Shown here: piece by piece, positions 37,101 through 48,666 of the stretch
Numbering within the stretch: the first letter of the stretch is position 1
Layout: every line of letters starts with the position of its first letter
Assembly (NCBI GenBank): GCA_000708835.1
Contig: DF236952.1
Span: 1 to 64,000, forward strand
Direction of reading: 5' to 3'
Length of the DNA stretch: 64,000 bases
DNA from: Klebsormidium nitens
Taxonomy: Eukaryota > Plantae > Klebsormidiophyceae
Program-made: the position numbers and the translations under genes
The notes under the pieces: model-generated
The model's input: the letters and a program-made list of their open reading frames with translations, nothing else
Database searches by the model: none
What the model was told of the DNA's origin: nothing

Positions 37101-40100
37101 CTGCACGGACGTGGTGGGCTCGTCCCACAGGTAGCTGCGGGGAGTGACGTCAGCGTCGGTAAGAACAACGACGGCAAGTGACGCAAACGTTGGTACGAAC
37201 AACGCCGGAGAGTTGCATGAATGTGGGACGCGATGATACGAGGACGAGCAAATAAGAGTTTGTTTCCTGATTGACCTTTGCCGGGAGGTCATTTTCGTCG
37301 TTTGTGTGATAGTAGACTACGATGAATTCACAATTTGAATGCCCAAATTCACGTACAGATGAGGCACTAAGATGGAAAAATCAGGACATGATAATGTGGC
37401 TTGAGTCAAAACCAACCGATACCTGGAGGGGCGCTAAAAATGCAATCGACTTTTGACAATCACATCAGCCGAAAGGCACATCAGCCGAAGGGAGCAAGGA
37501 TGCTTTTGCGACGAGGGGTGCTCACAAGTACGCCTTCTTGAAGTGCGGTCGGTCCTTGAGCGCCCCCAGCAACTTCAGCAGCGCTTCCTTGCCCTCCACC
37601 GGGTAGCCGCGGGCGTCCATTCCGGCGTACGGCAGGGCGTATGCGGACAACCGGGGGTCCGAATAGTACGCCTCCGCTCGAGGGTGATCGACTGGAGGCA
37701 CACGAATAGGATGTATCGGATTCAAGACTATGTCTAAAACAATGCCAGAAGGATTCCATTTCCCCTTCCAAGCTGCGAGAATGGAGACGCCCTGTGAAAA
37801 CGTTCTCGTAGCCGTTGAATCACCACATTGACGACCCTGCTTACAGTGGCGGCCATCAGCCCATAGCGGCGGCCATCAAATCAAACGAGGGCCCACATGC
37901 ATCAAAGTCCTGCTACCTGATAAGTGAGACCCCGGATAGTCGCACCTTTTTCTACTGCGAGCACATTCAGAATGCCAAATTGTCGATCATAATAATTGAC
38001 AAAGTAATATCGACCCGAAATGCAGGTTCTTCTGACCTGGCCAGGGGCACGTGTACGTGTAGACCTGCATCTCCCGCTCCCAGCGGCAGAAGTAGGGGCT
38101 GACCCGGAACGGCAGCAGCCACTGGAAATGCGCGTCGAGCGCCGCGCACCAATCGTCCGTCCCCCGGGATAGCTACAGACGCCAAGCAAGAAATTGGTGT
38201 TCAAGTTCTCGGGTGACCGAGATTATCAAACGGTCAGTTTCGCCGTCGCCTTGGGTGGAACAGCTGCGATTGATAAGCTTACCCGAACTGGCTCGCAAGC
38301 CTGGTTATGGTCCCGATAGGTATCAGAGCTTTTAGGGCTAGGTCACACGCAAATCGGCTGTAGATCGAACAAATGACAGCGTTCCGGCCCAGCTGGGAAT
38401 CGTGACATCCACCGGCCCGGAGCACGACCCTACTTGCTCTCTGCTTGCAGTTCTTATGTTGAAAGTACGTGACGGAGGGCAAGAAGAGCCGAATCCGGCG
38501 TGAAAAGCTTCCGAAGAGGACGAACGGAAAAGAATCACAGAAAGATTCATAATGGAAAAGGAATAATGACGTCGGCTTGCCTGGAAGCGGTCTTCGATCA
38601 CGCTGTCGCTGACACCCATGACAGCTGGCAGGCTAGGAGTGGTCGGAAGGACGAAGTCCCACACGACGATCGAGATGGGCAAGCGGATGCTCTGCGAAGA
38701 GCGCGGGCCGTCGGGGGGCGGGTGGGCGTGCCCGTTGGTGAGGGGTTTGAGGGTGTTAACGGGCTCGGATTTGGGGGTGTGAACGGGCTCCGATTGGCGG
38801 AGTAATGTGCGCAGGCGGCGCTCGACGGAGTGCAGTTCCTGCGGAGAAGGAGAGGTTTGGGGTCTAGGCTCTATCATAGGATTCTGAAAAGCTCGACTAA
38901 GAGACGGAAGTGCAACGTCCGGAAAGCCGAGAAGAGTGCTTAGGTTGGCCCGGCAACGGTGTTCAATAAGCAAAGAAAGTGATCAGAAACCCAGTTAATC
39001 GGTACAGTCCTGTCTGGAAGCGTTCACTGTTTTCAACCCAACTAAAGCGGACAAGACGGTTTGCACTTTGATGACTCATGGGTACTCTGGAAGGATCTTC
39101 CTGTCTCAAATTTCGCTTCGCCATATGTGAAGCTGCTTGAAGATTATTAAGCTCTCCCCTGCAAACAATGTTCAGTGCAGCTGACGAAAGCAACCGTGGC
39201 CCTTTCAACCACCCTGACGTGAGGGGCTGGGTCTTCAGTTCAGCTTAATAGACCCCTTGTGGCGACTCAAGGCAAAGAACAGCTTTCGCTTCCGCAGCCT
39301 GATGGAAAAAACTGCTGTCGAGCTCGACCTCAGGGCCAGAAGAAGTCGGCGAGCAATTCTTGCTCCGCCAGACCCCACGGACAACCGACCGGGGAGTCCG
39401 GCTCTCGCACTAGTTGACCAGGACTTTTCAGTGGTCAAGCAAACTCGGGCTGAGTTCACAGCCTGCTCACCTGACGGTCCGAAGCATCTTCACCAGTCGC
39501 CAGTCGTTGCCCCAACTCGTCGACAATTTCGCAAAGCCCGTCTCGAAGGGAGTCCGCGCGGCCGTTAACTTCCATCGGCTCTGACCTGGGGGAGTTGCCA
39601 AAGCAGAATCAGCATGCAGCTCAGCCATCATGCAGCAAAACCCCAATCTTCCACTGGATTCAGCAAGACGCGCTCCGAGGTTCGAAGGAAGTGGTGACAG
39701 ACTTCGTATACGTTTGAGAGACTTTTTTCCATGATCTCGATGGTCATGAAAGTCCACATAGAAGAGTTTTGCGTTGACAAAACTGCTTAGATTAGTATTC
39801 ACTGTCAGTATCTCGGTGTCTGACAGCTTTACAGCTTGAAGAACACCTTGGAACGCATCTTCAAAATACTTGAGCAAAGCTGGGATAATTTTGAGCAGAA
39901 TTTGGGCAGGTCGTTGGAACGTTGGCACAGATCTTAGTAAGGGGAAACCCAGATGCGTTGACAAAGCATGGCACCAACGTAAACCGTGTTTTTGGACATG
40001 AGATTTTTCCTCATTCTCGACGTCCTCACCCAGTATCATCAACAACAGGCTCAACCACCACCTCCCCTTCGTAAACGCCTGGACTCAGTCCGGAGGGAAC

Positions 40101-41639
40101 AGCCAACGAGAGCCACAGGGCTGCAGTTTCCCTGCAGGTTAAGGAACCGAACTATCTTGGAGATGTAAGTGTACTCGAACAGAAAGGCCTTGCTTTAGAA
40201 TCAGTAGGCGCTGGTCACCATAGGTACTGTAATCCTGGCTTTATAGAGCTGGGCACTTCAGCAACTCCTCTGACAGAAGAACGTCTTTTTGAGGGCTTCT
40301 TTCACCTCATGCTCCGATCAAATGATGGACGTCAGCGCAAGGGCGCAAGCATATGTGTCTTGGGATGAGCCGGTGACCGCAATCAAGCAGCCTCGGCGTT
40401 GAGATTCCAGGGAGAACACCGGAAGCCACACAAATCAAGTAGCACTGGCCCTTCCCCTGCAGCCCTCGCATTTAAACATCCCTCACCATTTCCGAAATGA
40501 CCAGACCTGAGCATCATGAAAGGGGACCTATTTTGCTGTTCTCTCCCCTCATCATTTGTTCAGCGACTCTCACCCATGGGGCAGATGCAAGCATGAGGTT
40601 GGCACCTGCATGGGCACCAGCGCATCCGGCACGCCACACATTGGCAGCACCCTGCGCAGCGTCACGTGCTCTCCTATCCGCAGGCACTCGCCACTGCTCG
40701 AATGAAAGTCTGACACGTGGATCTCCACCTCGCCTCCTTGGCCCCCATCCGATGGGCCCCACGCGCATCGCGGCCGCAGCGCTATCTGGACACTTTCCTT
40801 TTCGCCTCTGGCAGCCAAAAGGTGGACCTGACAGCAGTGGCATATCTTGCTGTTGGTCTGTCTGTTTGGTATGGAAGGTGGTTCATAGACGCTTTCCCAC
40901 TACTTCTAACATAGCTCCTCTATTCTGTCGCAGGACTGACAGCTCCCACTACTGAGATTTCTAAAGAATGCTATTGCGGCGCAACTGACAAGACTGGTTG
41001 TGAATTTCCTAAAGCAAAGATATGCATATTCCAGCTCCAGTCTCAGCTCATCAGCAGAACCAGAAGCTGTAAAGATTTTCATGTACCAAAGCCCTTCATT
41101 GTTTGGAGTCATCCAACTCTTCTTTGACATGTTTCTTATTGACCGTCCCAAATAAGCCTCCTGCTAGGAACACAAGGGACTGCTGGGGATGAGACTAGCA
41201 GTGAGCGCTGTGAAGCGCACCTTTTCCAGAGTTCTTGGTGGTTCCTGGGGTCCAATTGTGGCTGTACTTGGCATGGCCCAGACTGCAACAAGGTCCTCTG
41301 TTCCAGGCACAGGGCTGTGCCCCATGGCTTCTGCAGATTAGAAAACTCTGCGGATCAGAAAGGGCGAGCTTGCTAACTTTAATCTGCAGCCTTTAAAGAC
41401 CAGGAACGTTGCTGGCCTGCTTTGCCAACGTCTATGGCATCATTCAGAAAAGCGTAAGATCTTACTGGGCAAGGAGATCGACGTTGCTTGTTCTCAGCTA
41501 GTCAAATGAAGAGCTGCTTGCTAAAATGTGCTTTAAAAGGCAGCTTTCCCTTACCTGCAAATCCGTAGCCATACCCGCCGCCATGCCCGACAGTCACATC
41601 ATACTCTGGCTGGAGCGGCTGCTCTGCCATGGGGGGCAT
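34170..41639 (-). CDS. DUF4091 / glycoside hydrolase family 123-like protein (Arabidopsis At1g45150-like)
   Basis: Exons encode VWAMPSTATIGPQEPPR, LLAARGEKESVQIALRP..LRRVLPMCGVPDALVP, VWDFVLPTTPSLPAVMGVSDSVIEDRF, HFQWLLPFRVSPYFCRW, YYSDPRLSAYALPY, YLWDEP..VLTTYY, WWSYVCMGPGDPQPNLHLGMRGTQQRAVLWRVWKEGGTGFLYWG, GLPFGDGVLFYPG..RLERFLSGMQ and DYEYL. Stop at 34170-34172. These are colinear with the recalled plant family sequence. Confidence 0.9.
35931..36081 (-). pseudogene. Degenerate duplicated exon fragment inside the DUF4091 gene
   Basis: 35951-35998 is 45/48 identical to coding 35765-35812, and weaker similarity extends about 75 bp into the adjacent intron. It has an intact acceptor (ttttcccgtcag) and reads EWWSHVCMRPGDPQPNQSPATC* with the stop at 35931-35933. 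Confidence 0.8.
37461..37492. repeat. 16-bp tandem duplication (intronic)
   Basis: cacatcagccgaa(a/g)gg x2. Confidence 0.85.
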
Positions 41640-42981
41640 TGGGCGTGGTTCTTGAGGGGCAAGCGCGGTGGCGCCTGCGAATATGTTGAAAGTCCCTGAT
41701 TGAGGATGTGGTATCAAAGTTAGACGTGACGTGGACCTCATTGATTCACCACTGGCTGGAAGTCGCGGTCTTAGAGTGGCTTTCTGGGAACGGTTCGCTC
41801 GAACTCTGAGCGACACAACTATGCAAGAGGAGAATCTTTAGTGAGATCTTTGCACACAGGAAGCAATGAAACCCATCTCGTGCCGTAGGTTTTCAAGATC
41901 TTCAATGCTCGTCTCTTCAAGTACCAGAAGCTCTTCAGGAAGGTCCTATGCTCGCTGCAAAGATCACAGCCCTTACTCTTGTTGTCTTGCTCGCATCATA
42001 AGAACAAAGAAACTTGAATCAACAAAAGCTGCAGCAAAAAGAAAATCTTGCACCACCTTTGCATCAAACTCAGAAGGGCAAGAACAATGATCATACAGAG
42101 AATGTGCACCAGTACCATACGAATAGAAAAGCTGCACCGATCACCTGGAACATTGCTTGCGGCTGCTTCATTGCAGATGTCCATTCTGCGTCATGCCGCC
42201 GTATTAAGTAATCCGGCTGCTCAGCCTGCTTGCGGGGTGGTGAAACCTGCTGATGGCTGCCGCTGAAAGGGCACCAATTTCCGTCTTAGCGCCCTTTCCC
42301 TTTGACTTTTGTAAGGGCCAAAGACGACGGAACTTCGCAAAATTACACTCTCGCGCCCTAAGACCAAGACCGGCACTTGTACTGTGTGGCAAGTAGGCCT
42401 CACAACCGTCGATCTGTAGGAACTCAGGAATGTGCACCGTCCGATGCGAGGGATCCCACTGTTCGCTTGCTGGAAAAGCCCAGGCCCAGGGTCGCAGCAT
42501 TATGATTCAGCGGTTTATCAGCAGTTCGCCCCTCGCGAATTCCTCGCGCGACGGCAGATTGAGCATCTAGCCAGCTATCACGATGGAACAATAGATTGAA
42601 CGATGCAGCCACTTGCATCATCAAGATGATCTACAAACACTTTCGACATTACATCTCGAGAGCATAATCATCAGTCATGACCATCTAAAGAGCGTGTGCA
42701 TGGGCGAACCTAGAGCTTCTCGATCACAAATCTCCTAGCTCGCATTGATCTGTACCTAGGTCGTGCCAGATCACGTGCCGGTTCACGCATCCCGCAAGCT
42801 TTGATCCGTGTCTGGACGGATCAAAACTTGTTGAATTTTCATGATGCAAAGGATGAGTGGGCACATACCATCGAGCTATAACTTTGTCTGCACAAATGCT
42901 TTCAACTACAAATCCTATGTAAGCAACGTGCAACGGCAAATCCTTGCTGTCCTCGTACAATCGTTCATGGAGCTCTTAGAG

Positions 42982-45900
42982 TCAAGTTTGGGCTCCAGAT
43001 TTCTGAAACTTGGCAATGAAGAAACCAATAGTATCCAACGGTCCATCTGGGTCGAATCGCTGGACCGAGTTTTGCTCCCCCTCCCGCAGCCATTCCCTGG
43101 ACAAGGAACCCGCTTCAGTGCTTCAACATGTTTTTAGCTGCTTAATTGTAGACCTTGATTAGAGTTGATTGCATGATTGATAGAAAGCCTAGGAGGTGAA
43201 GTCCAGATGACCCCCTGAGAAACTGCCCCTATCAAGGCAGTGAGAGAAACGCGATCAACGACATTCAGTAAGGACTATTAGAGAGTGGATCAGAGGACGA
43301 CAACAACGGAAGCCTCTCGACAGCTGCGACCGAGATGATCAATGTCTGGCGTGAAGCGTACCTGTAACCTGTACCGTCAAAGACGTCACCACCACCAACC
43401 AGTCCCGGACCTCCAAGCCGTGGCTCCTGCAAGAGGGTGAATTATGGAATTCTCTTCCATTTGACAGTTGATCAGAACCTTCATATATACCAGGACGATG
43501 TTGGATAGGAAAACGGGCTGTCGGTTTACGACCGACAAAACTCGTTTCCATCCGATCTGAGGAGGCAAGTCGACAAGAGCATTTTGCCCGGTACCGCATA
43601 AAGTACTGGACTTGGTGACGTTGCTTGGTTTCAAGCAGATCCTGCTGAATAGCAGGACGTCGACGAAGCAAAGAGGATAAAAGAGGATCGGATCTGCGTG
43701 CATCTGCGAAGGGATAACAACAGCGGCATTTGCTACTTTGAAAACGTTCACACAAGTAAGACGAAGCGCGTTCTGTAAGATATTCAACGACCAGATCCGT
43801 ATTGTCAACCTGGAGGAACCCTGCATCAGATCCTTGCGAAAACTTGGAACGGGTTCCAGCAAAAATGATTGCGAGCAAAAGCGCAGGCGTGGTTCTTACT
43901 TGCGGCACGAGGCGAAGGCACGGGTACGTTTCGAGGGCATACCGGACGAGTGCTTCGTTTTCCCCGGGGTTAAGCGTGCACGTTGAGTACACAATAAACC
44001 CCCCGGGTTTGACTAACTTAACCGCCTGGTCCAAGAAGCGCCGCTTGTACACTCCGTCTTGACGCAGAGATTGCAAAGTGACCTGAACCAGAGCCAGGAC
44101 AGTATGTGCTAATGCGTTTCCAAAAATTGGTAGTGCAAAGTCGTCTTCTTTCACACGTAACACCGAGCAAATGGCCATCCGTTCCTTGAAAAAGAGGGCC
44201 AAAACTCCTTTTCAAGTGGCATAGGCATGCCGCAAGCAGCAAAGCATCGGCGTCGTTTACGAGGTGATGGGCAGGTCACAACCTGAGAATCAGTGATGTA
44301 GAGAGATCTTCGCAGAGAGTGGGCAAAGTGGTCGGGGCAACTCACCCCGCCCACGAACAGCCGCGGCCGCAGCCCCAGCGCGGAGCACGGCGCGTCCAGC
44401 AGCACCCGGTCGAAGCTCCCGGGCTCCAGCTTGTCGAGCTTGGCGCTCTTCTGATTGGACCGCAGCCAGCGTGCTTCTTTCCGCTGAGCTCGCTTCTCGA
44501 GCGTTGAGCCCCGGCGGTCGCACACTCTAGGCGCGCTGGAAGTGTTCAGAGATTCGATGGTTGGAGGTGTGATAGAATCTGCTCTCACGTTGGCCGGTTC
44601 CGCCTGGGGGCTTGGACCGGGTTCTGAATGGCCAGGATCAGTGGCCACTCGGACGTCCGCGCTTCCTGAGACGGCATGCTTGTGGCAAGGCTCTCCGCTT
44701 TCGTAAGTTTCCCCTCGGTAATTGTTTCCCGTTTCATCGCCCGTGTTGTCCGGCTTCGAATGTACGCTACTCTCCCTTGGATTTGTCTGTCCAGTTTGTA
44801 CTATTCTAATACTAGGCGAATCCCCAGGCGAGACTTCTCGCGATTCGATGGCACAATTAGCATGCCTCCTCTCTGGGTCAAGTTGTTTACTCAGCGCCTG
44901 GCTAGACCCTAGCTCAGCTTCTTCGCTACTATTTCTCCTATCGGCCGATCCTTCCTTTCCGTCCACTCCAACTGGCACCTCCGCTAACCGCCACTCCGCA
45001 GCAAGGCCAGTCTCGCCCGCGCTCTCCGGTTCTGCAACACCGTTCGAGGAGCTGTCCGTCCTATTCTCAAGGCCACCATCGATGAGTTCTTCAGAAGTGC
45101 ATGGCTCTGGTCGAGTTGGTATCCCGTCTATTTCACCATTTTCTTCCACCGTTTCCGATACTTTTTTGCGCCCCGCTTCCTTAGAATCACTGACTGCCAT
45201 GCCAGCAACGCTGTCCGGTTTGGCCGGCTCTCGGACGCACAACGTGGCGTCCATCTTGAACGCTTTGATGCAGGTCAGCCCCATCTGGCTCGCGAGCCTC
45301 TCAATCTGCTGTACCTGCGAAACAGTATGACCAGCTGTTGGAAACTTCTTACATTTTTAGTAGGGGGCAATCTGCAGAACCCATTGCCGTAGCTGCGGGA
45401 TCTTCGGCAGGGGTTAGTGTTAGCGTGCAACATACAGTCTTTGATTCATTTGTTACAGGGTCGATGATGCAGAGAGGGAGCTCAACTGAGAAAGATATCA
45501 GCAACCTTATACGCCTGCACTGTGATCGCGCTGATCCACAATTCTCAATAATACGTTCCAAAAGCGGAAAGCTCGGAGCGTCACGATGTCGACTCCGATT
45601 CCAAGGAGCAGACTTGTTGTATCAAGGGCTGACCCTGAAACAATCGGTGCATAGCTTCAACCGATCATAATGTTTGAGACCTTAGCAGGTCCATTGCAGA
45701 TTGCATCAAACCGTCAACTCGGTCGCCCGAAAGAGTAGTCCAGTGAGTCGGCCACTTACCTTGCTCTGGGAACGATCCAGCGCAATGATCTCCCCCTTGT
45801 TCTTCATGAGAATGCCAATCGCGGTGGTCTTTCCCCCAGGAGACGCGCACATGTCGAGGATGCGCTCGCCAGGCTTCGGACCTGCGGCAGGCAACGTCAT

Positions 45901-47996
45901 GATGGCGTTGTTCTTGAGAGGCTTCAATACGTCCAAACTCAGGCTGAAGCCCCTTCGATACGGCTTGAGAACGTGACTGTTCAACTAAAAGATATGAGGG
46001 CCTTAGCGCACTTACACCTGAGGCCGCCAATCCACACCGACGTTGGACCGCTCTCATAGTAGAGACAGGCAGCCATTCTGACAGCCATCAGTCAATTCAA
46101 AAGAAATTTGAAAGCAATCCAATTCGAAAGAAAACAGAGCCCCCACGAAAAGTTAAGCGGGAAGCACAAGTAGGAGAGTTGCAGACACCTACATTCGTAA
46201 TCGTCAAGAGCTAAGCACGTGAGACAGAAAAAAACATATGACTCCTCACCGAGCACACAAGCGGCGACCACGCTGGGCAAATGCTGCAGGAACACCCCTT
46301 CCGCCCACTGCGTCGTCAGGTCATACAGCGACGGGTGTGAATACACTCTGTGCACCATTTCCACCGCGATCCCCTGCTCCTGACGGAAGATCGCGGCGCG
46401 GGAAAGGAGCGCTCGGCCCCGCCCAATGAACCAGCGGTCCCGGGAGGGAGTGGCGGCGTCGTGAGAGCTGCCGAGAGTGGTGCCGCGTGTCGGGGCGGGG
46501 AAGAGGCTCTCGACGTGCACGGAGACAGCGACCTCGTCGCCTGCGTTGATGGCAGCCTCGCAGGCCAGGACTCCAGGGACAAAGACCTAGCGGAAGGAGA
46601 AAAGTTAGTTCTGAGAGAGCTTTGAGATGGGTGGACCTGGGTTCAACGAAACGGATGGAATGATGATAGCCTTGAAAATGAGATCGTGAAGAAAATCGTT
46701 CAATTAACTTTCTTAATGCCGGTGTCCTACTTGAGGGCCCTAGGGACAAAGGCATATGCCACAGGATATGGCCCATTGAAAGCGAGTAAGTGGAGTAGAT
46801 ACAAAGGTATGAGATGAAATTTGTCGACGGAAGGTCTCAGCTCGGAACAATGAAACCAAGTTCTCTAAAATAAGCTGTTTCCGAAACTCTAGGCTTTGAC
46901 CTTTCTGTTTTGACAACGATTTCCAATAGTCTGCCCCGCTTCAAACGTGGAGTTCTGCTGAGCTTGAGCCGTTAAAAAGCATGACTTGTTGCACAGGAAG
47001 ATCCAGAGACGTCAGATAGTTCCTTGAGTTCTTAGGATGTGAGAAGTGACATCCCCTGAGAGAACTCACTTCTGCCCCCCTCAGAACGGCTTCACCGCAC
47101 TTCCTGCTCACAAGCACCTCTTTCAGGGGCAATCCATCTTTGTCGCTGTAATCTACAGTATGGGGCCATCCGGCGACCATCACAACCCCTGGCACTAGAT
47201 CATGCTCCCAACAACGGAATGCAGCTTGTCCCTCCACGCCACTTCCTGTTTGTTGTGTTCGACATTCTTGCTCCAGGCGTGCTATCACTTCTTGGCTGGT
47301 GGTGGTGAGTGTGTTCACACGCAGGCACGATGTCTTGGAAGGGTGGCTGCAGTGGCGGAGTTGGAACGGTCACTCTTGGTGCGCAGATGGTTTAGCAGCG
47401 CCACTGCATTTTGATGTTTGAAAGGAATGCAATACTGACCAAGAAAAGACCGCAGGCAATAGTAATGGAAAGTTCATAGTACAATCTGAAAAGAGCAGTC
47501 CTTGGCCAGCAACAGGTGCGATGTTTCCACTTAGCAGATGAAAAGAAGTGGGGCGTTCAAGTAACAGCCTTGGGATCCCCTTCTATGATTTGCCTTCACA
47601 AGTTGCCCTGACTTTATCCCTACATAACGGTTCAGCCCACTATAGCAGACTTCATATGCCTGACTAGCATGGCATTGGCGTGCAGCTTTTCCAGGCTGGC
47701 TTTTTCCCAGTGCCAAGTGGTGGCAGGACAGTTGCATTGCCGGGAACATGTTTTTAAACATTATTTTAGGAAATGTCAAGAGTTTGGAACATGAACGCAA
47801 CACGAACTGTCCGAAAGTGCAACAGTGAACCAAAAGTTTTGACGTACCAAAGCGCCCTGGTAATAGCCGCCAAGCGCTCCTCGCCAAATGCTTTGGCCAG
47901 GTACTGAGACACGCCTTTGTCCCAATCTAGTGAAGGCTGATAAGTTCTGCTTGCTTGCGAGGTTTCTAGGCCACCACCCTCTTGTCCGCTTGACAT
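42982..47996 (-). CDS. NSUN6: NSUN6-like RNA cytosine-C5 methyltransferase with PUA domain (NOL1/NOP2/Sun family)
   Basis: PUA region: KEVLVSRKCGEAVLRGAE|..VPGVLACEAAINAGDEVAVSV. Motif I: PGERILDMCASPGGKTT (~45760-45890). Motif IV: SFDRVLLDAPCSALGLRPRL (~44370-44430). Motif VI: GGFIVYSTCTLNPGENEALV (~43900-44070). Last exon: VQRFDPDGPLDTIGFFIAKF, stop at 42982-42984. Both catalytic Cys motifs (PC, TC) are intact. Confidence 0.93.
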
Positions 47997-48363
47997 GGTG
48001 TCAGTGCTGAGGGAGCAAGAAGTATACGGCTCGCATGGGACGTCAACGATTGATGACCACCACTACCACCAGGGGCAGCTCAATGACCACCCTATCAGGC
48101 CATCCCAACAACTTCTCAGGAGTTTTCTGGATGCAATGAGCATTGCTCGAGTTGCCCCATGCAAGTCGCCCTCAACATGGCGCCCTTTTCAAACGTCGCT
48201 TTCCCTCACCTGAACAGCTTTTGGCTTTTCGCTTGTTTGTGAGCGAACCGAAAGGTCCTTTAGAAAGTTTCGAATGGCTGATATCACAAGCAGCAACGTA
48301 CGATCGTCTAGGACGAACAAGGTTACCCACATATCAAAATCAAGATTGGCGCTGCTACGGTGA

Positions 48364-48403
48364 CAAAATTAGGGTTTGGATGAAAGGCCAAACCCTAATT
48401 TTG
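48364..48403. promoter_or_regulatory. Perfect 16-bp inverted repeat made of two telo-boxes (AAACCCTA) in a divergent promoter
   Basis: caaaattagggtttgg (48364-48379), 8-nt loop atgaaagg, then ccaaaccctaattttg (48388-48403). It sits midway between the NSUN6-like ATG (47996, -) and the DUF1338 ATG (48667, +). Confidence 0.7.
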
Positions 48404-48666
48404 GAAGCTGAGGTGGCGCCAGCTCAAACAGTTGCCCTCGAGAGCTTGCATTCAATGATTTGAAGTGAGGCCGTTGCAAGGTGCTCCAGCTACCTAACCA
48501 AATATAATCTTCGGTACAGAACAATCAGAAGCAAAGGCGGCGCTTCTACCACCACCTTTTCTCAAAATTGTCTTTGACGCGTCCCATCTACCTGGTCCTA
48601 CGTGCTTTCCAAAAAGGCTTCAAAGGACACCTAAATAAGAGAGGTAGCCACTCTGCGAGCAGAAAG

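Noticed and set aside
39467-40054. 195-aa minus-strand ORF resembling a nested gene or TE fragment
   Set aside because: It runs through an intron and overlaps, in another frame, a genuine DUF4091 exon (~39468-39583, SEPMEVNG..DRQ). It has no transposase or RT motifs.
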